Part shown: in pieces, positions 1-10,014 of the stretch | Position numbering within the stretch: position 1 is the stretch's first letter | Layout: each line of letters begins with the position of its first letter | Source: Spirochaetia bacterium | Lineage (GTDB): Bacteria > Spirochaetota > Spirochaetia > SZUA-6 > Bin103 | Length of the DNA: 64,000 nucleotides | Direction of reading: 5' to 3' | Assembly (NCBI GenBank): GCA_965203515.1 | Contig: OZ241907.1 | Span: forward strand, 704,001-768,000 | Notes under the pieces: generated by a model | Told to the model about the DNA's origin: nothing | The model's input: only the letters and a program-made list of their open reading frames with translations | Databases searched by the model: none | Made by a program: the position numbers and the translations under genes

Positions 1-1
1 G

Positions 2-397
2 GTCATATCGCGTTACCGAATGGTCAGCATATTCATTCTATGTGTCGATCGTGACGGCAAGACAGGAAGGCGTCAGCGGTTGAATCAGATCGAATCGAAG
101 TTTGGGGATTCTCAGGTAATTCTGGCGGAGAACGCTTGGGAGGAGATCGAGACCTGGGTGCTGGCGGGATTGAAGCTCCCAAGAGAATGGCGTTGGACGG
201 ATGTCCGTGCGGAAGTTCAGGTCAAAGAACGGTACTTCGACCCATTTGCCTTACAGCGTGGCGTATCGAATCTGCCGGGCGGAGGCAGAAAGCCACTCGG
301 AGAGGAGGCGGCGCAGCGGATCACCGCCATCCGGCAGAAGTGTCCTGACGACTTCGATCACCTTGCGCGACGGCTCGAGGCCGCCGTCACACCGTAA
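2..397 (+). CDS. Partial (5'-truncated) hypothetical protein, DUF4276/TOPRIM-like partner of AAA ATPases
   Basis: Frame open from the window edge; motifs CVDRD and WEEIETWVLAG. Confidence 0.45.
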   Translation, partial: VISRYRMVSIFILCVDRDGKTGRRQRLNQIESKFGDSQVILAENAWEEIETWVLAGLKLPREWRWTDVRAEVQVKERYFDPFALQRGVSNLPGGGRKPLGEEAAQRITAIRQKCPDDFDHLARRLEAAVTP

Positions 398-478
398 GGA
401 GAGCACCTGCACCGTGAGCGCGCGTTCCGAACGCCTGCTCCGATGGCCGGCGCTCGGCTTACGGTGGGGGATTGAAGG

Positions 479-1111
479 TCAGTCGAGCGATTCCCGGATC
501 GACCGCGCCACCTGCTCCGCCAGCACCTCGGCGCCCGCCGCGGTGAAGTGGACGTTCCGCGGCGGCTGCAGCTCCGCCATCCGCGGCAGGGTCAGAGCGT
601 AGAGATCGTCGACGGCGATGCCGCGCGCGGAGACGATCCCGTACGCCACGGCGTTGTAGCGCGCCACGTCGTCCGGCACTCGGTTCGGCGTACCCTCCTG
701 GACCGGCGTGGTGGTCGCCCAGATCAGGCGCGCGCCGGTCGCCTCCAGCCGCTCGAACAGCGCATCCAGGTTGCGGCCGTACTCGTCGACCTCCACTTGG
801 CGGACGTCCGGGCCGTCCGTGCGGGTGATGTCGTGGATGCCCCAGTTGCAGTGGATCACCCGCCAGCCGCCGTCGCCCAGGTAGCGGTCCAGGTCGGTCA
901 GGCTGTGGCGGGTCGATCGGCAGTTGTCCGGCGCGCGGTGCACCTTCGCCACGCCGGCCAGCCGCCGCCGCACCGGCATCGTGTAGGACATGGAGATCGA
1001 GTCGCCCAGCAAGAGTACGCGCGGCAGCGACAGATCGTCCCGCACGTAGGCGAGCTCCGGCCGGTCGCGGAACGGCTCGGGCACCAGCGACCACCACTCG
1101 GCTTCGGTCAT
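479..1111 (-). CDS. SGNH/GDSL hydrolase family protein
   Basis: LLGDSIS (block I), NWGIHD (block III), NVHF (block V). Confidence 0.85.
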   Translation of the reverse strand: MTEAEWWSLVPEPFRDRPELAYVRDDLSLPRVLLLGDSISMSYTMPVRRRLAGVAKVHRAPDNCRSTRHSLTDLDRYLGDGGWRVIHCNWGIHDITRTDGPDVRQVEVDEYGRNLDALFERLEATGARLIWATTTPVQEGTPNRVPDDVARYNAVAYGIVSARGIAVDDLYALTLPRMAELQPPRNVHFTAAGAEVLAEQVARSIRESLD

Positions 1112-1152
1112 ACGGCGGATGCTACCATACCGAGCGCAGGAAGAGTGAGAGC

Positions 1153-1310
1153 ATGGCCGCCACGACCGCGCCGCCGGCGCCGACCTCGCAGGAGTCGCTG
1201 TTCATCGTTGCTGCGCGACCTGCTGCCTCCGCAGGGCGCCTGGGGTGCGCGGGAATACCTGTGGCTCACCGACCACACCAACCGCCTGATCGAGCTCACC
1301 GGCGGCCACG
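1153..1310 (+). pseudogene. 5' fragment of a Uma2-family endonuclease gene, frameshifted and truncated
   Basis: MAATTAPPAPTSQ, then in another frame LLRDLLPPQGAWGAREYLWLTDHTNRLIELTGGH, resembling Uma2 N-termini; no continuation. Confidence 0.55.
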
Positions 1311-1379
1311 AGAGAGTGCGTGCAAGAGACTGCTCTCTCCGTCTCGGTGTCGCAGGAGGACCAACCGAAGCCGTCTACG

Positions 1380-2192
1380 CTACCTATTCTCGATGTCGGA
1401 CCTGCGGCGTAGTAAAGCCTCGAGTTCGGCCAAACGCGCTTCGGCCGCTTGGCGGGCGGCAGCTTCCTGTTGGACGCGGGTTTCTGCGGCTCGGCGGGCG
1501 GCAGCTTCCTGTTGGATGCGGGTTTCTGCGGCTTGGCGGGCGGCCGCCTCCTGGCGGCGGGCGGTCGCCTCCTGCTCAACGCGAGCCTCGGTCTCCGCCA
1601 AGTCCGGCAGGTCCTTCCCGGTCTGCGGGTCGTGGAACCTCAGCCGCCGGCCGGCCAGACGCAACTCCAGTCCCAACACCTCGCTCCGCAGCGCCAACGT
1701 CCCGTCCGCCATCTCCCGCTCCGGCAGCCGCTCGTACGCTCCTTCCACCAACTCCAACCCCTGCAGCGGCGGCTCCAGGTAGTCCCGCGTCGGATCGTAC
1801 TGCCAGTACTCCCGCACCCTCAGCCGCCGATACAACTCCCGCTTCCTCCTCTGATCTTCCCGCCACGTCGCCCGCGACGTGATCCCCAGCACGAAGTCGG
1901 GTCCCTTCCCCTCCTCCCACAGTCGGTACGACGAGCGTTCGACATTGCGGACGCCGAACACCACGAAGACGTCCGGCGCCACCCTCGCGCGCGGATTCCC
2001 TTCCTCGTAGTAGATCAGCAGGTTGCCGGAGGCGTACACGTCGGCGTGGTTGCGGAAGTAGTAGCGGAGCCGGTCGACGGCGTACGTCAGGGGAATCCGT
2101 TGGGAATCGCTTTCGGCGATCGGCTTGCCGTCGGAGCTGGGGTACTCTACCGTTGCCGCTGGCGCCAGCGGAGCGCTGAGTGAAGTTGCCAT
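1380..2192 (-). CDS. Uma2 (DUF820) family endonuclease with coiled-coil repeat tail
   Basis: EYPSSDGKPIAES, VAPDVFVVFG, PDFVLGITS, VREYWQYDP; tail of QEAAARxAAE repeats. Confidence 0.9.
   Translation of the reverse strand: MATSLSAPLAPAATVEYPSSDGKPIAESDSQRIPLTYAVDRLRYYFRNHADVYASGNLLIYYEEGNPRARVAPDVFVVFGVRNVERSSYRLWEEGKGPDFVLGITSRATWREDQRRKRELYRRLRVREYWQYDPTRDYLEPPLQGLELVEGAYERLPEREMADGTLALRSEVLGLELRLAGRRLRFHDPQTGKDLPDLAETEARVEQEATARRQEAAARQAAETRIQQEAAARRAAETRVQQEAAARQAAEARLAELEALLRRRSDIENR
1440..1580 (-). repeat. Imperfect ~42-bp in-frame tandem repeats encoding QQEAAARxAAETR
   Basis: Repeated gggcggcagcttcctgttgga..cgggtttctgcggct units. Confidence 0.8.
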
Positions 2193-2398
2193 TCGACCAT
2201 ACCTCCGGACGCCGGCCAGCATAGCACGCCGCGCGCTGCCTACCAACAGAATGGTGCGCCCGCCGGCCGGTCGGCCATCTTGACCACCGGACGGCGGCTG
2301 AACACCCAGCGCCGGCCCGGTCGCCGCCCACCGCACAGGCTGCCGCCAACCAATCAGGCGCAACGGTGCGGTGAGCAGTCCGGCGATGCAGCGCTCGC

Positions 2399-2425
2399 TT
2401 GACCAAGTTGATCCGAGACGGTCAA
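2399..2425 (+). promoter_or_regulatory. Possible TA operator inverted repeat (TTGACC...GGTCAA)
   Basis: ttgacc-N15-ggtcaa directly upstream of the antitoxin. Confidence 0.35.
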
Positions 2426-2453
2426 CTTTGACGTTGAACGTGAGGGTAACCGC

Positions 2454-2681
2454 ATGATCATCGCCGAGGCCAGGGCCAGCCTCCCGAGCTTGCTCGACCG
2501 GGTCCATCAAGGGGAGACGGTGACCATCACCAAGAACGACCTGCCGCTAGCGGACCTGGTCAAACACCGGCCTCTCGGCAAGCGCCGGCTCGGGTTGCTA
2601 CGCGGTCGGATCGTCGTTCCGGACGACTTCACCGACGAGGATCCCGAGATACACGACATGTTCTATCCAGCCGGCCAATGA
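2454..2681 (+). CDS. Phd/YefM family antitoxin
   Basis: IAEARASLPSLLDRVHQGETVTITKNDLPLADL; RRLGLLRGRIVVPDDF tail; ATGA overlap with PIN gene. Confidence 0.9.
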   Translation: MIIAEARASLPSLLDRVHQGETVTITKNDLPLADLVKHRPLGKRRLGLLRGRIVVPDDFTDEDPEIHDMFYPAGQ

Positions 2682-2880
2682 AGCTACTCCTCGATACCCA
2701 CATTCTGCTGCATGCGCTCGCCGAACCGGAACGGCTGACCCGGGAGCGTAGCGAATTGATCGAGGACCCCGCAAACGTCGTATTCGTCAGTGCGGTTTCG
2801 ATTGCCGAGATCGCCATCAAGATCTGACGCTGGTAACCGACGACTCCAAGCTCGCGGACTACGATTGCCGCATCCTGTAA
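2678..2880 (+). pseudogene. vapC: VapC/PIN toxin with large internal deletion
   Basis: MKLLLDTHILL...VFVSAVSIAEIAIKI* (2678-2827) joined out of frame to PIN C-terminus DLTLVTDDSKLADYDCRIL* (2821-2880). Confidence 0.85.
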
Positions 2881-4481
2881 CCGCATCGCTCCGGAACCGC
2901 GCGTATGGGCAACTGGACCTGATATGGCGGGTCACGGCGCGATCCTACGACTCTTCATACAACAGCAGGCCTTGCTGCGGCGCGAAGGCGTGGCCGCGGA
3001 GGTGGTTCTGGATCGACTCCAGGAGGGCGCGTTCCTCCGAGCCGGCTTCGGCCAGCTCGATCAGCGCCTGCACCACGCGGGCGAACAGTTCGTGGCGCCA
3101 GAGGCCGCGCGCGTCCAGGTAGCGGTCCACGCGGCTCAACTCGCCGGTCTTCCAGAGTTGCATCAGCTTGTGCACCCGGTCGATCAGCGGCGGCGCGGCG
3201 CCGTCGGCCGCCGGCTCGCCCAGGTCGCGGGCGCGGCGGCGGTGCCACGGCTTGAGCCGGGCCTCGCCGCCGGAGACGGCGATCTCTTCTTCTTCGTCGC
3301 CAGCCTGCGCCGCTCCCGCGCCGCGGACCAGGAGGTCTAGGCGGCCGGCGACGGCGGCGTCCGACAGGTTGCACGACAGTGCGTACAGGATGCAGGCGCC
3401 GGCCTGCGCCGCGCCGAGGCCGAAGTCGTTGCGGTGCAGCAGGTAGTAGGTGGTCGGATCGTCCAGCTCGTCGGCCGCCCCGCCGTCCTGCCGCAGCAGG
3501 CGGCTCACCACGAAGCCGACCACCATGCGCCGCACGCGGCGCAGGAACTGGGCGACCGTCAACCGCTCGCCCGGCTGGTCGGCCATCTTGACGACCGGAT
3601 GGCGGCTGAACGCCTCCAGCGCCGGCCCGGTGGCCGCCCACACGAAGTCCGGCCCGCGGATGCCGGCGTCCCAGAAGTCCCGCAGCCGTTCGGTGATCTG
3701 TTCCTGCATCTCGGCCAACACCGGTTCGTCCCAGCCCGGCCGGGCGGCCGCCGGCCGCTTCCGGCACACCAGCCAGATCGACGATGCGAGCGCGGCGGCC
3801 GCCAGGGAGCGCAGGCGACTCTGTCTCTCGGTCTGGATCGGCCAGGAGCCGGTCACGACGAAGCCGGCACGAATCAACGCCGACACCAGAGTCTCCCAGG
3901 CATCCGGCGACTTGTTGGCGAATACGATCACCAGTCGGCCGTCGTCTCTCAGCGCGTCATAGAAGCGGGAGAACGCTCGCGCCATTCCGGTTTCGTAATT
4001 CCGCTTGGACGCCTCGCGGTCCCCGCCGAAGCGGCTGGCGTCGTCGATCAGCTCGCCGTCACCGGCCTCTGCGTCCCACTTCGGACCGGTCTCCCGGGCA
4101 AACGCGGCGTCGATGTCCGGCGACAACCCGTGCAGCGCGCGCCGCAGCCACACGTGAAAGAAGTCCATCAAGTCCGAGTACGGAATGGCGGCGTAGTAGG
4201 GAGGATCCGTGCAGATCAGGTCTATGCCGCGGGCGGGCCGATCGATGGCGCTCTGCGCATGGATGGAGATAGCAGGCGAGGAGACGGTGGCCGCAACCGC
4301 GTGTTCGACGTAGCGCGCCACCCATTCCGTCATAGAGACAAATCCGCCTGATGTCTGGGACAACGGATTTACTTCGCAGTAGTCCCACACTATTGGCAGA
4401 GCAAAGCGGGCAAAAGTGCTGCGCAGTGTCTCCCGACCGTTGACCCAAGAACATATGTAAGCGTCCGGGGAATCCCACCCT

Positions 4482-6173
4482 CTACGTAGCGGGCGGCGGC
4501 GGTGGACGCGCGGTCGGCAGGAGCGCCAAGAAATCGGCACGGGTACGCGCGTGCGGCAGCTGCTCGAACAACTCGCGCAGATACCAGTACGGCTCTCGCC
4601 GGTTGGCCTTCGCCGTCTCGATCAGGCTGTACAGCGTCGCGCTCGCCGCAGCGCCGCGCGGGCTGCCGGCAAACAGCCAGTTCTTGCGGCCCACCACGAA
4701 CGGCCGGATCGCCTGCTCGCAGGCGTTGTTGTCCGGCGTCAACTGCGCGTGCTCCACATAGCCGATCAGCTTCGGCCACTGTCCCAACGCGAACCCCACC
4801 GCCTTGCCGAGCGCCGAACTCGGCAGCACCTGCTCCCGCTTGTGCCGCAGCCACTCGTGCATCTGCACGAGCACCGGCTCCACCCGCGCGCGCCGCTCGG
4901 CCACGAACCGTTCGGGGTCCTCGGTCCGGTACCTCGCTAGCTGCGTCTCGATGCGGTACAGCTTGGCGATGTACCCCAGCGCCTGCAGCGCCGCACCGCT
5001 ACGGCTCGATACCTTGCTCAACGCCTCGGCGGCCTCCTTGAAGGCGCGCCGCACGTGCGCCCAACAGCCCACGTGCCGGATGCCCGGCTGGCTGCACGGC
5101 CGCAGGTAGCCCTCATACCCATCGGTCTGCACGTAGCCCTGGTAGTCGCCGATGATGTCGGCCGCCACCCGTGCGGCCCGACTCGGCTCATACCGGTAGA
5201 TCACCACCGGCGCCGCCGGCGGCCCGCCGCGGGCCACCCATACGTAGCTGCGCGTCGCGTTGGCGCGTCCCGGCTCGTTGAGCACCTGCACGGTCGTTTC
5301 GTCGATTTGCAGGATCGGTCCGCCGCGCAGTTGGTCGCCCAGCGCTGCCAGCAGCGGCCGACAGGCGCCGGCGACCGCCAGCATCCAGTCGGCCATCGTG
5401 CGCCGCGACACCGCCACTCCCAGCCGCGCGAACTGCTGCTCCTGCCGGTACAGCGGCAGCGCGTCGCAGAACTTCGCCGTGGCGATGAACGCCAGCAGCC
5501 CTTCGCTGGCGACTCCTTTGCGGATCAGCGCCGCCGGCGCCGGCGCCACCCGCACCGCCGCACGCTGCTCGTCGCCGGAGCCCTCGCAGTGATGGCAGGC
5601 GTACTTCGGCCGCACCGTGCGGAGCACCCGCACCTGCGGCGGGATCACGTCGAGCTTCTCGGCGGTCTCCTCGCCGATGCGGACCATGCGGTGGCCGCAG
5701 GCGCACTGCTGGTCTGCTTCGGGAAGGTCGACGACCCGCTCGACCCGCGGCAGCGACGGCGGCAGCGGTTGGCGGCGCGGGCGCCGGGCGCGGCTCGGCA
5801 CCGGGGCGGCCGCCGGTTCGGCAGGCAGTGGGTCGACCGGCAAGGCGTGGTCGGCGCTCCGTTCGATCTCGTTGAACAGCCGGATCTGCTGCTGCTCGGC
5901 AGCGCTCAGCTGTTCGCTGCTGCGCCCGTACCGCCGGTTTCGGTACCAGGCGAGCTCCTCTTCATAGAGCTCAATCTTCTTGTCCAACTCCTGGACCTGA
6001 TGATCCAGCGCATGGACCTGATGATCCAGCGCACTATTCCTGGTGACGAGTGAACTATTCCTGGCGACGAGTTGATCGTTGCGCACGATCAACTCGTCTT
6101 TTTCCAGGACCAGCAGCCGATTCTCCACGCGCAACCTGTCGCGTTGTTCGACCACCGACGGTGCGGCAGACAT
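4482..6173 (-). CDS. tnpC: IS66 transposase TnpC
   Basis: Leucine zipper, zinc finger, LPLYRQ, IDET, QTDGY, CWAHVRR, DNNACEQAIRP, GRKNWLF. Confidence 0.95.
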   Translation of the reverse strand: MSAAPSVVEQRDRLRVENRLLVLEKDELIVRNDQLVARNSSLVTRNSALDHQVHALDHQVQELDKKIELYEEELAWYRNRRYGRSSEQLSAAEQQQIRLFNEIERSADHALPVDPLPAEPAAAPVPSRARRPRRQPLPPSLPRVERVVDLPEADQQCACGHRMVRIGEETAEKLDVIPPQVRVLRTVRPKYACHHCEGSGDEQRAAVRVAPAPAALIRKGVASEGLLAFIATAKFCDALPLYRQEQQFARLGVAVSRRTMADWMLAVAGACRPLLAALGDQLRGGPILQIDETTVQVLNEPGRANATRSYVWVARGGPPAAPVVIYRYEPSRAARVAADIIGDYQGYVQTDGYEGYLRPCSQPGIRHVGCWAHVRRAFKEAAEALSKVSSRSGAALQALGYIAKLYRIETQLARYRTEDPERFVAERRARVEPVLVQMHEWLRHKREQVLPSSALGKAVGFALGQWPKLIGYVEHAQLTPDNNACEQAIRPFVVGRKNWLFAGSPRGAAASATLYSLIETAKANRREPYWYLRELFEQLPHARTRADFLALLPTARPPPPPAT

Positions 6174-6224
6174 GTCTCTACCTTACCTCAAATACCGCCG
6201 CCAGTCAAGATCGAACCAAGCCCG

Positions 6225-6578
6225 TCAGGCGATTTCGGCGTAGCTCAACTCCTCGTGTCGGTTCCAGAAATCGATCCCTGCCAACAGCATCCGCAGCTGC
6301 TCGGCGTCGATCTCTCGCCGCGCCTCGGCCGCCGTTCGCGGCCACGGAAAGCTGCCCTGCTCCAACCGCTTCATCCACAGACAGAACCCCGTCCGATCCC
6401 AGTACACCGCCTTCAGCAGTCGCCGCTGCCCGTTGCAGAACACGAACAACGACGCCTCGAACGGACTCAACCGCATCTGCTCCTGCACCAGCAGCACCAG
6501 CCCGTTGATCTGCTTGCGCAGGTCGGTCGCACCAGGCCGCACGTAGATGCGCGCCGCCTCCAACTCCAGCCGGATCAC
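6225..6578 (-). CDS. tnpB: IS66 accessory protein TnpB
   Basis: TDLRKQINGL, LFVFCN, YWDRTGFCLWMKRLEQGSFPWP. Confidence 0.95.
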   Translation of the reverse strand: MIRLELEAARIYVRPGATDLRKQINGLVLLVQEQMRLSPFEASLFVFCNGQRRLLKAVYWDRTGFCLWMKRLEQGSFPWPRTAAEARREIDAEQLRMLLAGIDFWNRHEELSYAEIA

Positions 6579-6889
6579 TTCAGCGCCTCCAGCGCCGCCA
6601 GCACCTCGCGCAGATGCTCAGCGCGGACCGACGGCCACAGCCGCAGCACGTACCGCTCGCCGACCAGCAACTCCATCGTCGCGTGCTGCTCGGCGTCCTT
6701 GGCCCCGCCGGCCGCCCGCGCCAACTCGACCAGCGGCTGACGCCGGTCGGCCGTCTCCGGCAGCTTGCCGTCCCAGTTGCGCAGCGACCAGTAGGACAGA
6801 CCATGCTGCTCGCAATACGCCTTCTTCGTGAGCCCACTGCGTCGCCACGCTGCCACGTGCCGGCTCCAATACTCTCGTCCCTGTCTCAT
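6575..6889 (-). CDS. tnpA: IS66 accessory protein TnpA
   Basis: YWSRHVAAWRRSGLTKKAYCEQHGL HTH; first ORF of the IS66. Confidence 0.9.
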   Translation of the reverse strand: MRQGREYWSRHVAAWRRSGLTKKAYCEQHGLSYWSLRNWDGKLPETADRRQPLVELARAAGGAKDAEQHATMELLVGERYVLRLWPSVRAEHLREVLAALEALK

Positions 6890-8591
6890 CGTTCGTCCCT
6901 CCTGCCAGGGACGATGTACCTCTATATATCCCCTTGTAAGGTGGGGTTCACCGGACGCTTACGAACATATCGTGCTACTGTAGTCTGTGAGCTTACTGAG
7001 GACGCAACACAGATAGACGACGATCGCCTCGCGCCAGGACTCCGGATAATCGCCCATCTCTTTGGCGCATAGGCGGATCTCTCGAACGAACACGCCCAAC
7101 GCCAGGAGTTGCCGGTCGGTGAAGATCGAGCGCCACGTGTCGAAGCCGTAACCGTCCACCGAAAACCCCCGGGCGCCAGCCACCGCCTTGGGAGTCGGTT
7201 CGATCGGTAAACCGAACGGGACATCGGCATAGAGCTCGACCAGTTCCTCGTTCTCCAACCCCGACGCCTTGATCTCCGCCTCGGTCGGCAGGCGGTACTC
7301 CTTACCCTGCTGGCCGTCTACCACCACGGCGGTCATACGCTCGCCCATCCGGCCGGCGCGCCCCTCGACGCGCATGTCCTCCATCGTGCTGATGTCGCCG
7401 CAGCACGGACACGTCGCCCCGCTGCGGTGCATGGTGCCGGCGCCGTCGTCCCCAGGAACGTCCCCGGCGGCGGCGACGCCGAACGTCACGCCGGCGCCGT
7501 CGGCCCGCGGCGCCATCGTCAGCAGCACGCGCTTGCTCGCCTTCCGGCACAGCCAGCGCGTCTTCAAGAGCGGAATCTCCGCCCGGCAGCCGCGGCAGCG
7601 GATCGTGCGCGCCCACAGGTACGCCACCGCCGGCTTGGCCACCCAGCGCGGGTTCGCTTCGTCTTCCAGATAGTACTCGTCGAACTCCGCGTTGAGCGCC
7701 GCCGCCGACACCCGTCCGTCCCGGTCCGGTTCCAGCAGCCGCGGCGGCCGCGGCCGGTAGCGCGCCGTGCGCTGCGGCGCGTTCCTCCCCGCGCCCTTGC
7801 GCCGCGCCGGCTCGAACTCCGCGTACGTCGGGTAGCGCGCCGCCAACTCCCGCCGCGCCCGGTCCAGCACCCGCTGTCCCCACGCCCGCAGATGCCACCC
7901 CGCGTCCGCCTCCGCCACCGGCGGCGAATGCATCGACGTAAACTCCGTCTCGTCGGTCTGGCCGTGCCCGTAACGGGCCAACTCCTGCCGTATCCGGCGC
8001 TGATTCTTGATTCCCAGCGCGTTCTTGACGAACGCCTCCACGAACGACCGATCTGCCAGCGCGAACGCGGGCAGCGGTCTGGTCCGGCCCGCCAGCAGCC
8101 GCGGATAGTGCAGCGTGCAGCGCAGGATGAACCACGCCACCGGGTTGATGTCCGCGGCCACCGCTTCGCAGCCCAGCCGCATCGCCTCCAGCGGAATCGC
8201 CCCGCCGCCGGCGAACGGATCAAGCACCCGCGGCGCCCGGCCGCCGAACGCCTGCCGAATCTCCCGCCGGAACGCGGCCAGCTCGCCACCGTGCTCCGGC
8301 TCCTGCTCGCGGCCCCAGTGCAGGATGCCGCCGTGGGTCTCCTCCCGCCTCCCGTTGCCGTCCGGCCGCTCCACCACGGTGCCCGCCATCCGCTCCAACA
8401 ACTCGCGGCGCGCGTCCCGGCTCCCCGGATCGGGCAGCAGCGTGGCCAGCAGGGCCGCCCGGCTCGCCGCCAACGGCCGCCGCGCCGGCCAGATGTGCAG
8501 CGTCGAGATATGCCCGTGGCGCACGTTCTTCTCATGCACCGAATCGAGCGACACCTGCTTCAGCGGAAACGCCGCCTCGATCAGCCGCCTG

Positions 8592-8903
8592 TCAGCCATC
8601 CGTTAGCCGATCAGCCGCCTCGCGCGCGGTGACGATTGGAATGCCTTTGACATTCCCGATTGCCAGCATGTCCTTCTTGTCGCCGGAAACGACCAAGTCG
8701 GCCTTGCCGGCGATGGCGGTGGCCAGTATCGGATTGTCGTCCGGATCGGGCGACAGTCTCACTTCCGGCAACTCGTCGACCACCACGGCAACCGCATCGA
8801 GAGCGGCGAGGAGATCGTCGGATTCCGCCTGCGGGATATATTTCCGCATAGCTTTCCGCGCCAGGTGTAAGTAAGTAAATAATCTAAAGAACGGGATCCG
8901 CAC
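8592..8903 (-). pseudogene. PIN-family TA toxin lacking its N-terminal catalytic segment
   Basis: C-terminal SPDPDDNPILATAIAGKADLVVSGDKKDML intact; after GTG-R-I the expected VLDTN region is replaced by an AT-rich stretch. Confidence 0.75.
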
Positions 8904-9132
8904 GGGCGTCGGCGACCGCTTCATCGGCGATGCTCCGGACCGCTTCGGCCGTCAGGTGCTCGTTGCGCTTCCAGATCGCCTCAACCGTCTCCCAGAAGAT
9001 CGCTTGGCGTACCGCGCGGTCCACGAACCGCGACAGGTCGCCCTTCTTTCCGCCCGTCCGCGCCAGATAGCTGCGCACGAGACGGTTCGTGTCGTCGGCG
9101 ATGACGAGATTCCACCGGTTCATCGAAGCCAT
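8884..9132 (-). CDS. Ribbon-helix-helix antitoxin-like protein
   Basis: RWNLVIADDTNRLVRSYLARTGGKKGDLSRFVDRAVR; overlaps the PIN start. Confidence 0.75.
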   Translation of the reverse strand: MASMNRWNLVIADDTNRLVRSYLARTGGKKGDLSRFVDRAVRQAIFWETVEAIWKRNEHLTAEAVRSIADEAVADARADPVL

Positions 9133-9247
9133 GTTCACGCTCAAGCGTACATACATCCTATCACGGACGAAACCGCGATGCAAGTAGCGGCGCCGCGGAT
9201 GGAGCGGGATCGGGACGTCGCGGGCAGCGCTTGCCTGGCTTGACGCG

Positions 9248-9347
9248 TCGCCAGCAGGCCGCCCGACTCGCCGCCAACGGCCGCCGCGCCGGCCAGATGT
9301 GCAGGGTCGAGCGGAAACGCCGCCTCGATCAACCGCGTATCAGCCAT
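9248..9347 (-). pseudogene. Degenerate second copy of the 5' end of the DUF1156 methylase gene
   Basis: MADTRLIEAAFPL, then ctgcacatctggccggcgcggcggccgttggcggcgag, matching 8443-8599 with an internal deletion. Confidence 0.85.
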
Positions 9348-9355
9348 CCGCTAGG

Positions 9356-10014
9356 CTAGGTGCCGGCGGAGACGGACGCGGCGGCCTGGTCGATCCGGCT
9401 CACGGTACAGTCCCATTCGGCTGCTTTCCGAGTCAGGTAGCGGCGCGTCGCCGGGGCGACGTTCGCCGCCTCGCCTTCGTCGAAGCAGGCGAGCGTCTTG
9501 ACCGCTTCCATCGGCGGGAATACGTTCCCGAACAGCGCCCGTGCGGCGCCGAGGCCATCCTGCAGCCGCAGGCCGGCACGCAGGATCGCCGCCAGGTCGA
9601 GATAATCCCGCGCCGCGACGCGCTGCAACAGCACCTTCAGCTTGGTGCCGAACAGATCCAGCAACGAGGCGACCCACGGACCGTCCGCGGTCCGCTCGGG
9701 GTGCCCGACGCGGCCGAAGCCGATGTTGCCGAAGAACGACATCTTCACCGGAGCGCCGTTCATCGTCACCGACAGCGTCAGCGCCGCGGGCTCGCGCTGC
9801 AGCACCTCCGCGCGCGCGGCGAACGGCAGGGCGAACAACGCATCGTGGTCGAGCGGGGCGGACGAGAAGAAGTCGAAGTCGACCGAGGCTCGGTGTCCCA
9901 GCCGAGCGCGAGCGCCGTGCCGCCGTAGAGCACGAAGGAATCGGGTACGCCGGCAAGCGCCGGCCACAACCTGCGCTGCTCGTCGGGAAGCACGGCGAGG
10001 ATCGGTTCGAGCAC
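9356..10014 (-). pseudogene. AbiEii/AbiGii nucleotidyltransferase toxin, 1-bp frameshift near 9904
   Basis: FVLYGGTALAL in one frame, RLGHRASVDFDFFS...TKLKVLLQR..ARDYLD in the next; GTG start overlaps upstream TAG. Confidence 0.8.

Larger units (their letters stand above)
4457..6962 (-). mobile_element. IS66 family insertion sequence (2506 bp), 8-bp TSD GAACATAT
   Basis: Terminal IRs GTAAGCGTCCGGGGAATCCCACC / GTAAGCGTCCGGTGAACCCCACC; GAACATAT at 4449-4456 and 6963-6970; tnpA-tnpB-tnpC. Confidence 0.97.
2945..8599 (-). pseudogene. DUF1156-domain adenine DNA methyltransferase interrupted by IS66
   Basis: N-half: LHIWPARRPLAASRA, DPFAGGGAIPLEA, CxxC pairs; C-half: TDPPYY; the halves rejoin in frame (SSTICS|WVNGRE) once 4457-6962 plus one TSD copy is removed. 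Confidence 0.9.

Noticed and set aside
5991..6075. 21-bp tandem repeats in IS66 tnpC
   Set aside because: In-frame heptad expansion of the leucine zipper; ordinary variation.
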